Of a stretch of 64,000 nucleotides of DNA, positions 44,695 to 53,784 are shown piece after piece (position 1 is the stretch's first letter; each line of letters starts with the position of its first letter). The position numbers were made by a program, and so were the translations under genes. The notes below the pieces were generated by a model that saw only the letters and a program-made list of their open reading frames with translations, was not told the origin of the DNA and ran no database searches. Source of the stretch: Candidatus Sumerlaeaceae bacterium (lineage in GTDB: Bacteria > Sumerlaeota > Sumerlaeia > Sumerlaeales > Sumerlaeaceae); contig JAIBAT010000143.1 in assembly GCA_019695055.1 (NCBI GenBank), forward strand, positions 22,571-86,570, given 5' to 3'.

Positions 44695-47025
44695 GTGTTC
44701 ATTTGCAAAACCAACGGGAAGTTTTGGGGAAGATTGTCGGGATTGATTGCCATTCTGGCAGTCGTCGCCACCCCCCTCGCCGCGCAAACCACCATTCGCA
44801 TTGTCGCTTCTAACACGACCAGCGGCAATAATCAGGACTACCAAGCCCCAGGCCAGCACATCCTCCAGGCCCTGAAACCGGACATTGCCCTCATGCAGGA
44901 ATTCAACGTGCCGGGGACAAACGACGACGCCGGTGTTTCGGCCTTCGTAACCAGTGTTTTCGGCGCGGGTTATTCCTGGTACCGCGAACCAAAGGGGTCG
45001 GCAAACATTCCCAACGGAATCGTGAGCAAATACCCCATCCTCGCGGCCGGCGAGTGGGATGACACCCAGGTTTCCGACCGCGATTTTGTCTGGGCCCGAA
45101 TCGACATTCCCGGTTCCATCGACCTTTACGTCATCAGCGTCCACCTGCTCACGGCCTCCAGCGGTGTCCGCAACACCGAGGCGCAGCAGATCATCAACAC
45201 CTACCTGCCAACGCTGAATATCCCGTCCAATGCTTACCTGGCTATTGGCGGTGACTTTAATACCGACAGCCGCAGCGAAAGCTGCATCAGCACGTTCAGC
45301 AGCAAGTTTGTGACGGCGTCGCCCTACCCGGTGGGCCAGGATGGTTCTGGCAATACGAATGCGGGACGCAACAAGCCCTACGACTGGGTTCTGGTGAACT
45401 CGAACCTCGACAGCCTCGAGGTGGCTACGGTCTCTGGGACGTTTTCGTATGCAAACGGCCTCGTGTTCGACACACGCGATTTCAACCAAACACAACTCAA
45501 CGCCAGCTTCCCCCCGGCGCTGACCACCGACAGTGGTGCGACCAATATGCAGCACATGGCGGTCGCGCGAACGTTTGTGGTTCCGGGCGGTGGAACCGTG
45601 ACCAACGGCAACACGGTGAGCGTCTCCACCATCAACCGCGCCCCCGCAACGGCGGCAGCAGGGGCAACCGTCCCAATGCTCTCGATCGTGTTAACGGCCA
45701 ATGCCAATGAGTGGGACGCCGGCACTGTGACCATCAACCGCCTGGGGACCCTGCCCGATGCGTTTGTGACCCCCCGAATCTATTTGGATTCCAACCAGAA
45801 CGGGGTTGTGGATGGTGCAGAAGCGCTATTGGGCACCGGCAGCTTTTCTTCGGGATCGTCTGTCATTACTTTGTCGCCAGCACCCCGCTCCACAGCGCCC
45901 ACGGCAATGCACCTGTTGGCGGTCGCCTCTGTGGCTGGGGCCGCCGCTGAGGCAAGCACCGTGCAATTCCAACTGGCTGCAAACGGAGTAACCTACAGTT
46001 CAACCGGCGGCACCGACGTCAATCCAACCTTCTCAGCGGTATCGTCCGGTGTCTCCACCATATCGGGAAGCCCTCCCCCACCACCCGGACCAGCCGCTGG
46101 ATGTGTGGTAATAAACAAGTACCTCAACAGCGGAACCACGGGCGACACCGTGGAACTTCTGGTGGTGCAAGACCAGCTCGACATGCGCGGGATGATCATG
46201 AAGGATTTTTCGAGCAGCATGGCAAGCGACGGTGGCGGCAAGTACACCTTTTCCACAAACGCACTCTGGTCTAGTGTGCGCGCGGGCACGTTGATAATCC
46301 TCCGCAATGATGCAACGGCGGCGGATGTCATCACCGGCGGAACGGATTTTGTGCTCGATGTCGGACTCGCCAATACCACCTACTTCACCAGCGGCGGGGG
46401 CACCTTTGACATTGGCGGCACAGAGATGGTCATGATCAAGGCTGCCGGATCTGGAACGAGCGGGTCCACCGGAAGCTGGCACGCATTGGCGTCCGGCACT
46501 GCGGGAATCCAATACACCGCGGCCCCCACACCAAAATTGCGCGCCGCAACAGCGTCCAACACGGGCCAGTACTGCTATGCGGTCAACAATAACGGCAGCG
46601 CAGGCACCGAGTCAGTGCTTACCAACTTCACGGACGCCACCGGTCTGGCACTCGGGGGAGGATCCGGACAAACATTCGGCACAGGAAACACCACAGATAA
46701 CACAAATTTTATCCTGTTCCTGAGGGGAACGGCAGCCACCGGCGGCACAGGCGCAACCGGCACGGCGTTCGTGGCGAACTGGAATTCCCTGGTAACCGCC
46801 ACCAGCTATCGGCTGGACGTTTCCACCAACTCCAACTTCTCCAGTTTCGTAACCGGGTACAACGATCTTGGCGTCGGCAACGTAACATCGTACCCTGTCA
46901 CCGGGCTCACTCCCGGCACCTACTATTACAGAGTTCGAGGTGTGAACCGCGAAGGCACGCGGAGCCGGAGTTCCGATCCAAGTTCGGCCAACATCTCCAG
47001 CATTGGAGATTGGCGAATCTATTAG
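44695..47025 (+). CDS. secreted EEP + lamin-tail domain + Fn3-like protein (tandem paralog, also 776 aa)
   Basis: GTG start. Collinear with 42283..44613 and carries the same motif set. Confidence 0.75.
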   Translation: MFICKTNGKFWGRLSGLIAILAVVATPLAAQTTIRIVASNTTSGNNQDYQAPGQHILQALKPDIALMQEFNVPGTNDDAGVSAFVTSVFGAGYSWYREPKGSANIPNGIVSKYPILAAGEWDDTQVSDRDFVWARIDIPGSIDLYVISVHLLTASSGVRNTEAQQIINTYLPTLNIPSNAYLAIGGDFNTDSRSESCISTFSSKFVTASPYPVGQDGSGNTNAGRNKPYDWVLVNSNLDSLEVATVSGTFSYANGLVFDTRDFNQTQLNASFPPALTTDSGATNMQHMAVARTFVVPGGGTVTNGNTVSVSTINRAPATAAAGATVPMLSIVLTANANEWDAGTVTINRLGTLPDAFVTPRIYLDSNQNGVVDGAEALLGTGSFSSGSSVITLSPAPRSTAPTAMHLLAVASVAGAAAEASTVQFQLAANGVTYSSTGGTDVNPTFSAVSSGVSTISGSPPPPPGPAAGCVVINKYLNSGTTGDTVELLVVQDQLDMRGMIMKDFSSSMASDGGGKYTFSTNALWSSVRAGTLIILRNDATAADVITGGTDFVLDVGLANTTYFTSGGGTFDIGGTEMVMIKAAGSGTSGSTGSWHALASGTAGIQYTAAPTPKLRAATASNTGQYCYAVNNNGSAGTESVLTNFTDATGLALGGGSGQTFGTGNTTDNTNFILFLRGTAATGGTGATGTAFVANWNSLVTATSYRLDVSTNSNFSSFVTGYNDLGVGNVTSYPVTGLTPGTYYYRVRGVNREGTRSRSSDPSSANISSIGDWRIY

Positions 47026-47155
47026 CTCCAGGGCAACCACACCTGTAATCCACCGTGCAGGACAATTGTCGATCTTTCGAGAAACTTTGCCGGAAGGCTC
47101 TTGTCTACAGTCGTGACTCTATCTTGGTGATTCTGCGCAGGCGGAGATTTTAAAC

Positions 47156-47788
47156 GTGAAGCAGTATGTTGTTGGACTTCTCATTATTGCCATTGGCCTC
47201 AGCCATGCTTGGTCTGCCACTTTGGCGGTAAACCAATCGGCTCTGGTCGCATCCGCGAAGTCCCAAATCGGCATAACATTAACCTACGACCCGGAATATC
47301 GTGACCTTAAATATCCGGGCGGCGACGTTCCGCTCTCAACGGGGGTCTGTACCGATGTGGTCATCCGCGCCCTTCGCGACCAGGGCATCGACCTCCAAAA
47401 GGAAGTCCACCTCGACATGAAAGCCAACTTCGAGCGCTACCCCCGCATTTGGGGGCTGAAGCAGACCGACGCCAGCATCGACCATCGTCGTGTCCCCAAC
47501 CTCATGACCTTCCTGAAGCGCCAGGGGTGCGTGGTGAAAATCACGGATGTGCCCGCCGACTATCGCCCCGGTGACATTGTGACCTGGGACCTGGCCAACG
47601 GCAGCCTGCCCCATATAGGGGTAATTTCTGATCGCCAGAGTCCAGACGGAAATCCTCTTGTCATTCATAACATCGGCCGGGGAACCCAGGAGGAGGACAC
47701 GCTCTTTAAATACAGGATCATTGGGCACTATCGGCTGCCACCCCGAACACGAATTCCAAAGGCGACCACCGCACAGCCAGGCCCCTGA
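47156..47788 (+). CDS. DUF1287 family protein
   Basis: GITLTYDPEYRDLKYPGGDVPLSTGVCTDVVIRALR matches the DUF1287 signature. Signal peptide present. Confidence 0.75.
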   Translation: MKQYVVGLLIIAIGLSHAWSATLAVNQSALVASAKSQIGITLTYDPEYRDLKYPGGDVPLSTGVCTDVVIRALRDQGIDLQKEVHLDMKANFERYPRIWGLKQTDASIDHRRVPNLMTFLKRQGCVVKITDVPADYRPGDIVTWDLANGSLPHIGVISDRQSPDGNPLVIHNIGRGTQEEDTLFKYRIIGHYRLPPRTRIPKATTAQPGP

Positions 47789-47789
47789 C

Positions 47790-49679
47790 TCAGCGCTCTC
47801 CGGCGGTCTCCGGGGTGTAATCCGGCACAAGCTCGCGCAGTCCCGCACGAATGGCATTTGAGTCGCACGCCTGCGCCAGACGGGCAAGCTCATCCACGGC
47901 AACCCACAGCTTTCCACAATCCACCTCGTCCGGTTCCGTGATAAAGATCTTCCCCATGTCGGTGGCCTTCACGTCCTCGCCCGCTGTCAGCAGTTCTTCG
48001 ATCAGCTTCTCGCCTGGCCGCATGCCGGTGAACTGGATGCCGATTTCCTTGTCTGGGTCAAAACCACTCAGGCGGATAAGGTTGCGAGCGAGATCCGAAA
48101 TTTTCACGGGCTGGCCCATGTCGAGCAGGTAAAGGCGCCGCTGCTCCCGTGCCGACCCCGCCTCGATGACCAGGGAAACCGCCTCCGGGATCGTCATAAA
48201 ATAGCGTGTCACATCCGGGTGGGTCACCGTTATCGGCCCACCACGGGCAATCTGGCGCTTAAACAGGGGGATCACGCTGCCGCGGCTGCCCAGCACGTTG
48301 CCAAACCGTACAGCGGCAAATTGGGTTTTCGATGTGCGGGCAAGACAGAAGACTATCATCTCTGCGACCCGCTTCGTGGCCCCCATCACATTCGTGGGCC
48401 GCACGGCCTTATCGCTGGAAATCAGGATGAACTTCTTGGCGCCAACGGTATCGGCAAGTCGGGCCACGTTGCGGGTCCCGACGATGTTATTCTTCACCGC
48501 CTCGTCCGGGTGCGCCTCCATGAGCGGCACATGCTTGTGCGCCGCGGCATGAAAAAAGATGGACGGCTTGTACTGCGCAGCTACCGCCTGCAATTTCGAC
48601 TCGTCGCGAATGTCCCCGATAACAGACGCAATCCGATCCCCTGCCGCCTGGGCAAGTTCCGTGGAGATCTCGTAGATCGAGTTTTCGCCCTTGCCCATGA
48701 GCACAATCTGTTTGGGACCAAATTTCAAAAGTTGGCGGCACAGTTCGCTGCCGATCGAACCACCGGCGCCTGTGATGAGGATCACTTCATCCTTGATGTA
48801 ATTCCGGTCCGCAGGAAGTTCCAGTTCGATCTCGTCACGGCCCAGCAAATCCTCGATCTCAACGGGGCGGATCTGGTTCACCGAAACGCGGCCGGAAAGC
48901 ACGTCCTGGACCGAAGGCAGAATCTTGAATCCGACCCGGGCGTGTTCACACTGGTGAACAATTTCATTCAGCTTCTCCGGCCCCACCCGCGGCAGTGCAA
49001 TCAGCACTTCCTCAGCCCCGAATTCGTCAATAATCCTGCCAAGATCCTTTGTTGATCCAGCCACGGGAATGCCATGAATTCGGCGATGCTGCTTGTTCGG
49101 GTCATCGTCGGCAAAAGCCACCGGCTCAAACGCCCTCACCGCCGCATGGCGCATCATGCGAACGACCGCCTCCCCCGCATCACCGGCACCAACCACCAAA
49201 ACGCGCCGCACCCCGAGGGAATCCTCGCGCCTGCGGAGAACGGACACAAGGAATCGGCGGGAGAACCGACCGCCACCCACCAACAGAATGGTTAAACTAA
49301 ACTCTATAATAAGTGCCGGCCACGGGACTCGTTGCAGGTGCCCCGCATGCTCGGGCAGGCCGGCCATCGCCGGAACAAAGGGTATAACCAATACATTTGC
49401 CGCGGCAAGGGCCACGCTACCGATCGCGCTCGAAGCAAAAATGGCCACCAACTCCGTCGTGCTGGCATACCTTAGGATACCGCGATAAAGGTTGAACGCC
49501 CAAAACAGAAAGAGCCGCACAACAACAAAAAGCCCAACCACCAACAGGTACTGATTGTAGTCGTCCCGCCGGATATCAAAATTGAACCGCAGCGCGTATC
49601 CCATGTAAAGGGCAAGAGCCACCAGCACGGCGTCCATCGCCACCAAGCCCAGCCGCTGCCATTTGATCATTGTATTCAT
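47790..49679 (-). CDS. polysaccharide biosynthesis protein CapD/WbpM-like (NDP-sugar 4,6-dehydratase)
   Basis: N-terminal 4 TM helices, two Rossmann motifs (VVGAGDAGEAV, ITGAGGSIGSEL), SDKAVRPTNVMGATKR catalytic region. Confidence 0.88.
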   Translation of the reverse strand: MNTMIKWQRLGLVAMDAVLVALALYMGYALRFNFDIRRDDYNQYLLVVGLFVVVRLFLFWAFNLYRGILRYASTTELVAIFASSAIGSVALAAANVLVIPFVPAMAGLPEHAGHLQRVPWPALIIEFSLTILLVGGGRFSRRFLVSVLRRREDSLGVRRVLVVGAGDAGEAVVRMMRHAAVRAFEPVAFADDDPNKQHRRIHGIPVAGSTKDLGRIIDEFGAEEVLIALPRVGPEKLNEIVHQCEHARVGFKILPSVQDVLSGRVSVNQIRPVEIEDLLGRDEIELELPADRNYIKDEVILITGAGGSIGSELCRQLLKFGPKQIVLMGKGENSIYEISTELAQAAGDRIASVIGDIRDESKLQAVAAQYKPSIFFHAAAHKHVPLMEAHPDEAVKNNIVGTRNVARLADTVGAKKFILISSDKAVRPTNVMGATKRVAEMIVFCLARTSKTQFAAVRFGNVLGSRGSVIPLFKRQIARGGPITVTHPDVTRYFMTIPEAVSLVIEAGSAREQRRLYLLDMGQPVKISDLARNLIRLSGFDPDKEIGIQFTGMRPGEKLIEELLTAGEDVKATDMGKIFITEPDEVDCGKLWVAVDELARLAQACDSNAIRAGLRELVPDYTPETAGER

Positions 49680-49736
49680 GAACAGCCCGTCATCCCGACC
49701 TCAGGGGGCGTTGCCAACATCAAAATTTGCGGGGTT

Positions 49737-50477
49737 TCAGCGACTGAGAAGCTTCTCGACCCGCGCCAAATCCTCGGGGGTGTCCACACCGACGGCGGCT
49801 TCGGCGACCTTGATCATCGTGATTCGATAGCCAGCCTCCAGAAACCGCAGTTGCTCCAGTTTCTCAATTTTCTCGTACCGCGAAGGTGGCAATTTGACAA
49901 TGGCATCAAGGGCAACACGCCGATAGACATACAATCCCAGATGTTTCATTCCCATGGGCTCGCCACCTCGATCATTGGGCGCCACCCGGGACCAGTCGGG
50001 AATGGGTGACCGCGAAAAGTAGAGTGCACGATGGCGCCCATCAGTCACGACCTTTACGACAGAGGGCGAAATGAACTCCTCCCAGTCGTGGATGGGTGTC
50101 ATGGCGCTGCCCACGGCCGCACCGTCGTCAGCCAGCAATGCGCGCACACATTCATCCACGGTAAGGGGATTCATAAGCGGCTCATCTCCCTGGATGTTCA
50201 CGACCACGCCCGCCTCACGCCCTATCAGGGCCTCCGCGATGCGATCCGTGCCGCTCGGGCAATCGACGCTGGTCATCACAGCTTCGCCCCCGAAACCCTT
50301 TACGGCAAGCGCAATGCGATCATCATCCGTCGCCACCAGCACATCCGTCAGCGTCTCCGCGCGCAACGCCGCCTCCCACACCCATTGAATCATCGGCTTG
50401 CCGGCAATTTGCACCAGCGGCTTGCCCGGCAGGCGCGTCGAGGCATAGCGCGCCGGAATGACTCCCACGACCTTCAT
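49737..50477 (-). CDS. kdsB: 3-deoxy-manno-octulosonate cytidylyltransferase
   Basis: MKVVGVIPARYASTRLPGKPL with GGAGGA RBS. IVNIQGDEPL motif. Confidence 0.9.
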   Translation of the reverse strand: MKVVGVIPARYASTRLPGKPLVQIAGKPMIQWVWEAALRAETLTDVLVATDDDRIALAVKGFGGEAVMTSVDCPSGTDRIAEALIGREAGVVVNIQGDEPLMNPLTVDECVRALLADDGAAVGSAMTPIHDWEEFISPSVVKVVTDGRHRALYFSRSPIPDWSRVAPNDRGGEPMGMKHLGLYVYRRVALDAIVKLPPSRYEKIEKLEQLRFLEAGYRITMIKVAEAAVGVDTPEDLARVEKLLSR

Positions 50478-50533
50478 CGATCCTCCACGAATACCCTTGC
50501 GATGGAATAAAGCGCGGCCCACCACACAACCTA

Positions 50534-51754
50534 ATGGTGATGCAGCACATGGCCCACAACACAGCATCAGTTGCGCCGGGGCAAGCGTTTATCGCGCCAC
50601 CCGGCGATTCCGGCGGGCAATTCATCTATATCCACGTTCCCTTCTGCGAGCAGAAGTGCGCTTACTGCGACTTCTTTACCGTGCGCGACGACGCGAATGG
50701 CGCCCGTCGCGCCAGCGAATGGATGAAACTTATCGCGCGGGAGATGGAGTTGTGGACTGACGCCGGCGACCTGAGCCGCGAGACCCCAATCCAAACGATC
50801 TTCTTCGGCGGTGGCACACCGAGCCTTGCCAATGCGGCTGCGGTGGAGAAGCTTCTCGATTTCGCGCGCAGCCATTACAACCTTGCCCTGGGCGCTGAAA
50901 TCACAATGGAAATGCAGCCCAACACTGCCGATGGAGATAAAGTGCGGGCCCTGGCAAAAGCGGGAGTGAATCGGTTCTCCATTGGCGCCCAGACTTTCCG
51001 CGAGGAATCCCTGCGACGGGCTGGCCGCCGCCACACGGTGGAACAAACAAAAACACTGTTTCGCGAAGCGTCGCGGGCTGGAACTGCATCGCTCGACTTA
51101 ATTGCCTGCTGGCCAGACCAAACCATGGAAGCCTGGCGAGCGGACCTCGACGAGGCCTTGGCCCTGGGCCCGGACCATATCAGCGTCTACGAACTGACCT
51201 TCCACGCCGGCACGGAGTTCCACCGCCAACTGAAAAGTGGTCGCATTGAGTCCCTCGACGAGGAACTCCGCCTCGCCATGTTTGAGGAAACGGACCGCGT
51301 CCTCTGCGCGGCCGGTTTCGAGCATTACGAGATTTCCAACTACGCTCGGCCAGGCGCGCGATCCCGCCACAACGAGAACTACTGGACCCTGGGCAACTTC
51401 GTGGGGCTCGGTGCTGGCGCCCATTCCTTCATCTTTCCGCACCGTTACACCAATGCTGCCAGCATCGCCAGCTACGAGAAGTTCATCGGGCGGGGCGAGC
51501 TATTCCGCCGCCCCTGCGACGCCGCCGATCCCGAGATTTTCGCCGTGGAGAACCTCCAAATGGCATTGCGCCTCGCCGAAGGCGTCGACCTCGACTGGTT
51601 TGCCGAGCGCTTTGGCATGGACATCCGCCAGCGACGCCCCCGACAGATGGAGAACCTTCAGCGCGAAGGCCTGCTTAAACTCCAAGGCGCCCGTGCCAGC
51701 CTGACGTCAGCAGGTGTTGCCCGGTTCGACTCGGTGATCGAGTTCCTGTTATAA
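50534..51754 (+). CDS. hemW: radical SAM heme chaperone HemW (HemN-like)
   Basis: YIHVPFCEQKCAYCDF radical-SAM cluster motif, FFGGGTPS, HemN_C-like C-terminus. Confidence 0.85.
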   Translation: MVMQHMAHNTASVAPGQAFIAPPGDSGGQFIYIHVPFCEQKCAYCDFFTVRDDANGARRASEWMKLIAREMELWTDAGDLSRETPIQTIFFGGGTPSLANAAAVEKLLDFARSHYNLALGAEITMEMQPNTADGDKVRALAKAGVNRFSIGAQTFREESLRRAGRRHTVEQTKTLFREASRAGTASLDLIACWPDQTMEAWRADLDEALALGPDHISVYELTFHAGTEFHRQLKSGRIESLDEELRLAMFEETDRVLCAAGFEHYEISNYARPGARSRHNENYWTLGNFVGLGAGAHSFIFPHRYTNAASIASYEKFIGRGELFRRPCDAADPEIFAVENLQMALRLAEGVDLDWFAERFGMDIRQRRPRQMENLQREGLLKLQGARASLTSAGVARFDSVIEFLL

Positions 51755-51869
51755 TTCTGCCCCTGTAACCCCACACCGATCAGCCCCAATCTTCCCGGAA
51801 TAACACGCCAGAGCATCGGTGTTTATATTATTAGGTGCATTAAGTAGATTTGTCTCAAAGGGAGAGATC

Positions 51870-53189
51870 ATGATTTTCAAAAATCGTAGTATATTCTATT
51901 CGCTTGTTGCTGCCGTCGGAACGCTTCTGTTTCCGCTGACAGCTCACACCGCGACCATCGCCGGCTGGAGCAATGCGAACCTCAACGTCAATGCCGCAGT
52001 CCTGGCCGACGGCCCAAACACTGGCACACTGTCTCGCGGAAGCATCACCTACGCCAACACCGCCAATGCTTACAATTCAAGCAATTGGGCCCTGGCAACA
52101 GAGGAATCCGCGCCGTCCTTCAATGGCAAATATCTGTCCATTGAGGTCTCGACTGTCGGATTCACCGGAATCAAGATCAGCTATACAGACCAGCGTTCCA
52201 GTACTGGCCCGCCAAACTCCAAGATATACTATAGTACGACCGGCAGTGGCGGCACTTTTACCCTGGCCCCCAGCGGAAACTTTACCGTCGCAACCACAGG
52301 CACAAACCGAACAGTAGACCTCTCTTCAATTCCTGCCCTCGATAACAATGCCAACGTCGTTTTCAGGATTCACTCCTGGGGCGCTTCTGCGTCAGGCGGG
52401 ACATTCCGCGTCTCCAGCCTCGCCGTGACCGATGCGGCTGGTGTGACCCCTCCCGTTTCCAATACCGGCCCCATCAGCTCCGTTAAGGCCGCTGCAGATG
52501 GGTCCCAGTGGATCCTGACCTCGGGAACCGTGACCAGTGTCGGTGGAAATACGAATCGTCGTGGGTTCACCATCCAGGATGCAACTGGTGGTATCCTGAT
52601 CGACAACAACGCCAGCCTGACCTACACAGTGCCGGCCGTTGGAGATTTCGTGAACATCACAACTGGCACCAAAACCACTTTCAGCGGTGCAATCGAACTG
52701 CAGCCGACGTCAAATGCTGCCGTGGTGATCGTAAACTCCGGTAATCCGCTGCCAACGCCCCAGACTTTCCTCACAGTGGATAGCTTCCTCGCGTCCTCGA
52801 CGGCTACCGTGCAGTCTAACTATATCCGCATTAACAACGTGTTCCTCGGCGGATCGGTTCCGACCGGCGGAGGTACCACCACCTGGCTGGACGCCACGAC
52901 CACCGGCGGTGTGAATTACCTGCTGACAAGCAACGGCGTTACCAGCGTGTCACTTCGCCTGACGGCGGACCTGGGCGGCACCGAGGCAACATGGCAAGCC
53001 AAGGCGCGTCCCGCGGTTGCCAATTCAACCGACCGGTTCGATCTTTTCGCCGTTTCCACTGTGTTTGCCGGCGCGCTGCAGATCTCGCTGAACAGCCCGG
53101 TGGGCACGACGGCCAAAACAGACAGCACGGGCCCGATTCGAGCGGCAACAATACCGGCCTCCGCAAAGGATTGGGAACGCTACGACTGA
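51870..53189 (+). CDS. secreted hypothetical protein with OB-like nuclease-accessory segment
   Basis: AAGGGAGAG RBS. Signal peptide MIFKNRSIFYSLVAAVGTLLFPLTAHTA. WILTSGTVTSVGGNTNRRGFTIQDATGGILID resembles the OB-like module of ExeM/NucH-type nucleases. No catalytic domain recognised. Confidence 0.6.
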   Translation: MIFKNRSIFYSLVAAVGTLLFPLTAHTATIAGWSNANLNVNAAVLADGPNTGTLSRGSITYANTANAYNSSNWALATEESAPSFNGKYLSIEVSTVGFTGIKISYTDQRSSTGPPNSKIYYSTTGSGGTFTLAPSGNFTVATTGTNRTVDLSSIPALDNNANVVFRIHSWGASASGGTFRVSSLAVTDAAGVTPPVSNTGPISSVKAAADGSQWILTSGTVTSVGGNTNRRGFTIQDATGGILIDNNASLTYTVPAVGDFVNITTGTKTTFSGAIELQPTSNAAVVIVNSGNPLPTPQTFLTVDSFLASSTATVQSNYIRINNVFLGGSVPTGGGTTTWLDATTTGGVNYLLTSNGVTSVSLRLTADLGGTEATWQAKARPAVANSTDRFDLFAVSTVFAGALQISLNSPVGTTAKTDSTGPIRAATIPASAKDWERYD

Positions 53190-53219
53190 CGTCGTCCGTT
53201 TACCTGATTGAATCACATT

Positions 53220-53252
53220 GGCGGAGGAGCCGAATGGCTCCTCCGCCTTTTT
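53220..53252 (+). terminator. strong intrinsic terminator
   Basis: Perfect 12-bp stem GGCGGAGGAGCC-GAAT-GGCTCCTCCGCC followed by TTTTT. Confidence 0.85.
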
Positions 53253-53279
53253 GTCTTTGGTGGAAAGAATCAGTCTGAC

Positions 53280-53522
53280 ATGACAAATTTCCCACCCAAT
53301 CCTCGCGACCCATTGCACGGCATCACCCTGGAAAACATTCTTAACCAGCTCGTCGAGCGCCACGGCTGGGAAGAGATGGGACGTCGGATTCCAATCCGCT
53401 GTTTTCTCTATGACCCCACTGTAAAATCCAGCCTCACGTTCTTGCGTAAAACACCATGGGCCCGCAAAAAGGTTGAGAACTGGTTTGTCCGGGATGTTTC
53501 CAGGGAAAAGAAGGCTCCTTGA
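53280..53522 (+). CDS. VF530/DUF2132 family small DNA-binding protein
   Basis: [60 protein letters not shown] matches DUF2132. Confidence 0.7.
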   Translation: MTNFPPNPRDPLHGITLENILNQLVERHGWEEMGRRIPIRCFLYDPTVKSSLTFLRKTPWARKKVENWFVRDVSREKKAP

Positions 53523-53554
53523 AGGCTTGATGCCCGGCGCCCCCCAAGCTTGGA

Positions 53555-53779
53555 CTATTGGTCGAATAGGCCCTTAAAGCAGGCACGCCCAGCACGACAA
53601 CTGTCGGCCTCGCAAAGCCGATCGTCCGGGCCGTGGGGGGTCATGGTCTGATTGCACCAGAAAATTTCTGTCATCTCGGTGCTGCCGCCGCGCATGCGGT
53701 CGGGGTCGGTATCCACGCCGGTGTACATATTCTTGCTCTTCAGGAACACACAAATATCGGCGCGATTATAAGGGGCCAT
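53555..53779 (-). CDS. small Cys-rich hypothetical protein (74 aa)
   Basis: ATG start 5 nt downstream of the FAD-subunit stop, on the same strand. Five Cys residues. Confidence 0.5.
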   Translation of the reverse strand: MAPYNRADICVFLKSKNMYTGVDTDPDRMRGGSTEMTEIFWCNQTMTPHGPDDRLCEADSCRAGRACFKGLFDQ

Positions 53780-53784
53780 GGGTC

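Noticed and set aside
42283-47025. Diversity-generating retroelement targeting the variable middle of the EEP paralogs
   Set aside because: The window has no reverse transcriptase and no template or variable repeat pair with adenine-specific differences. Divergence is spread over whole domains.
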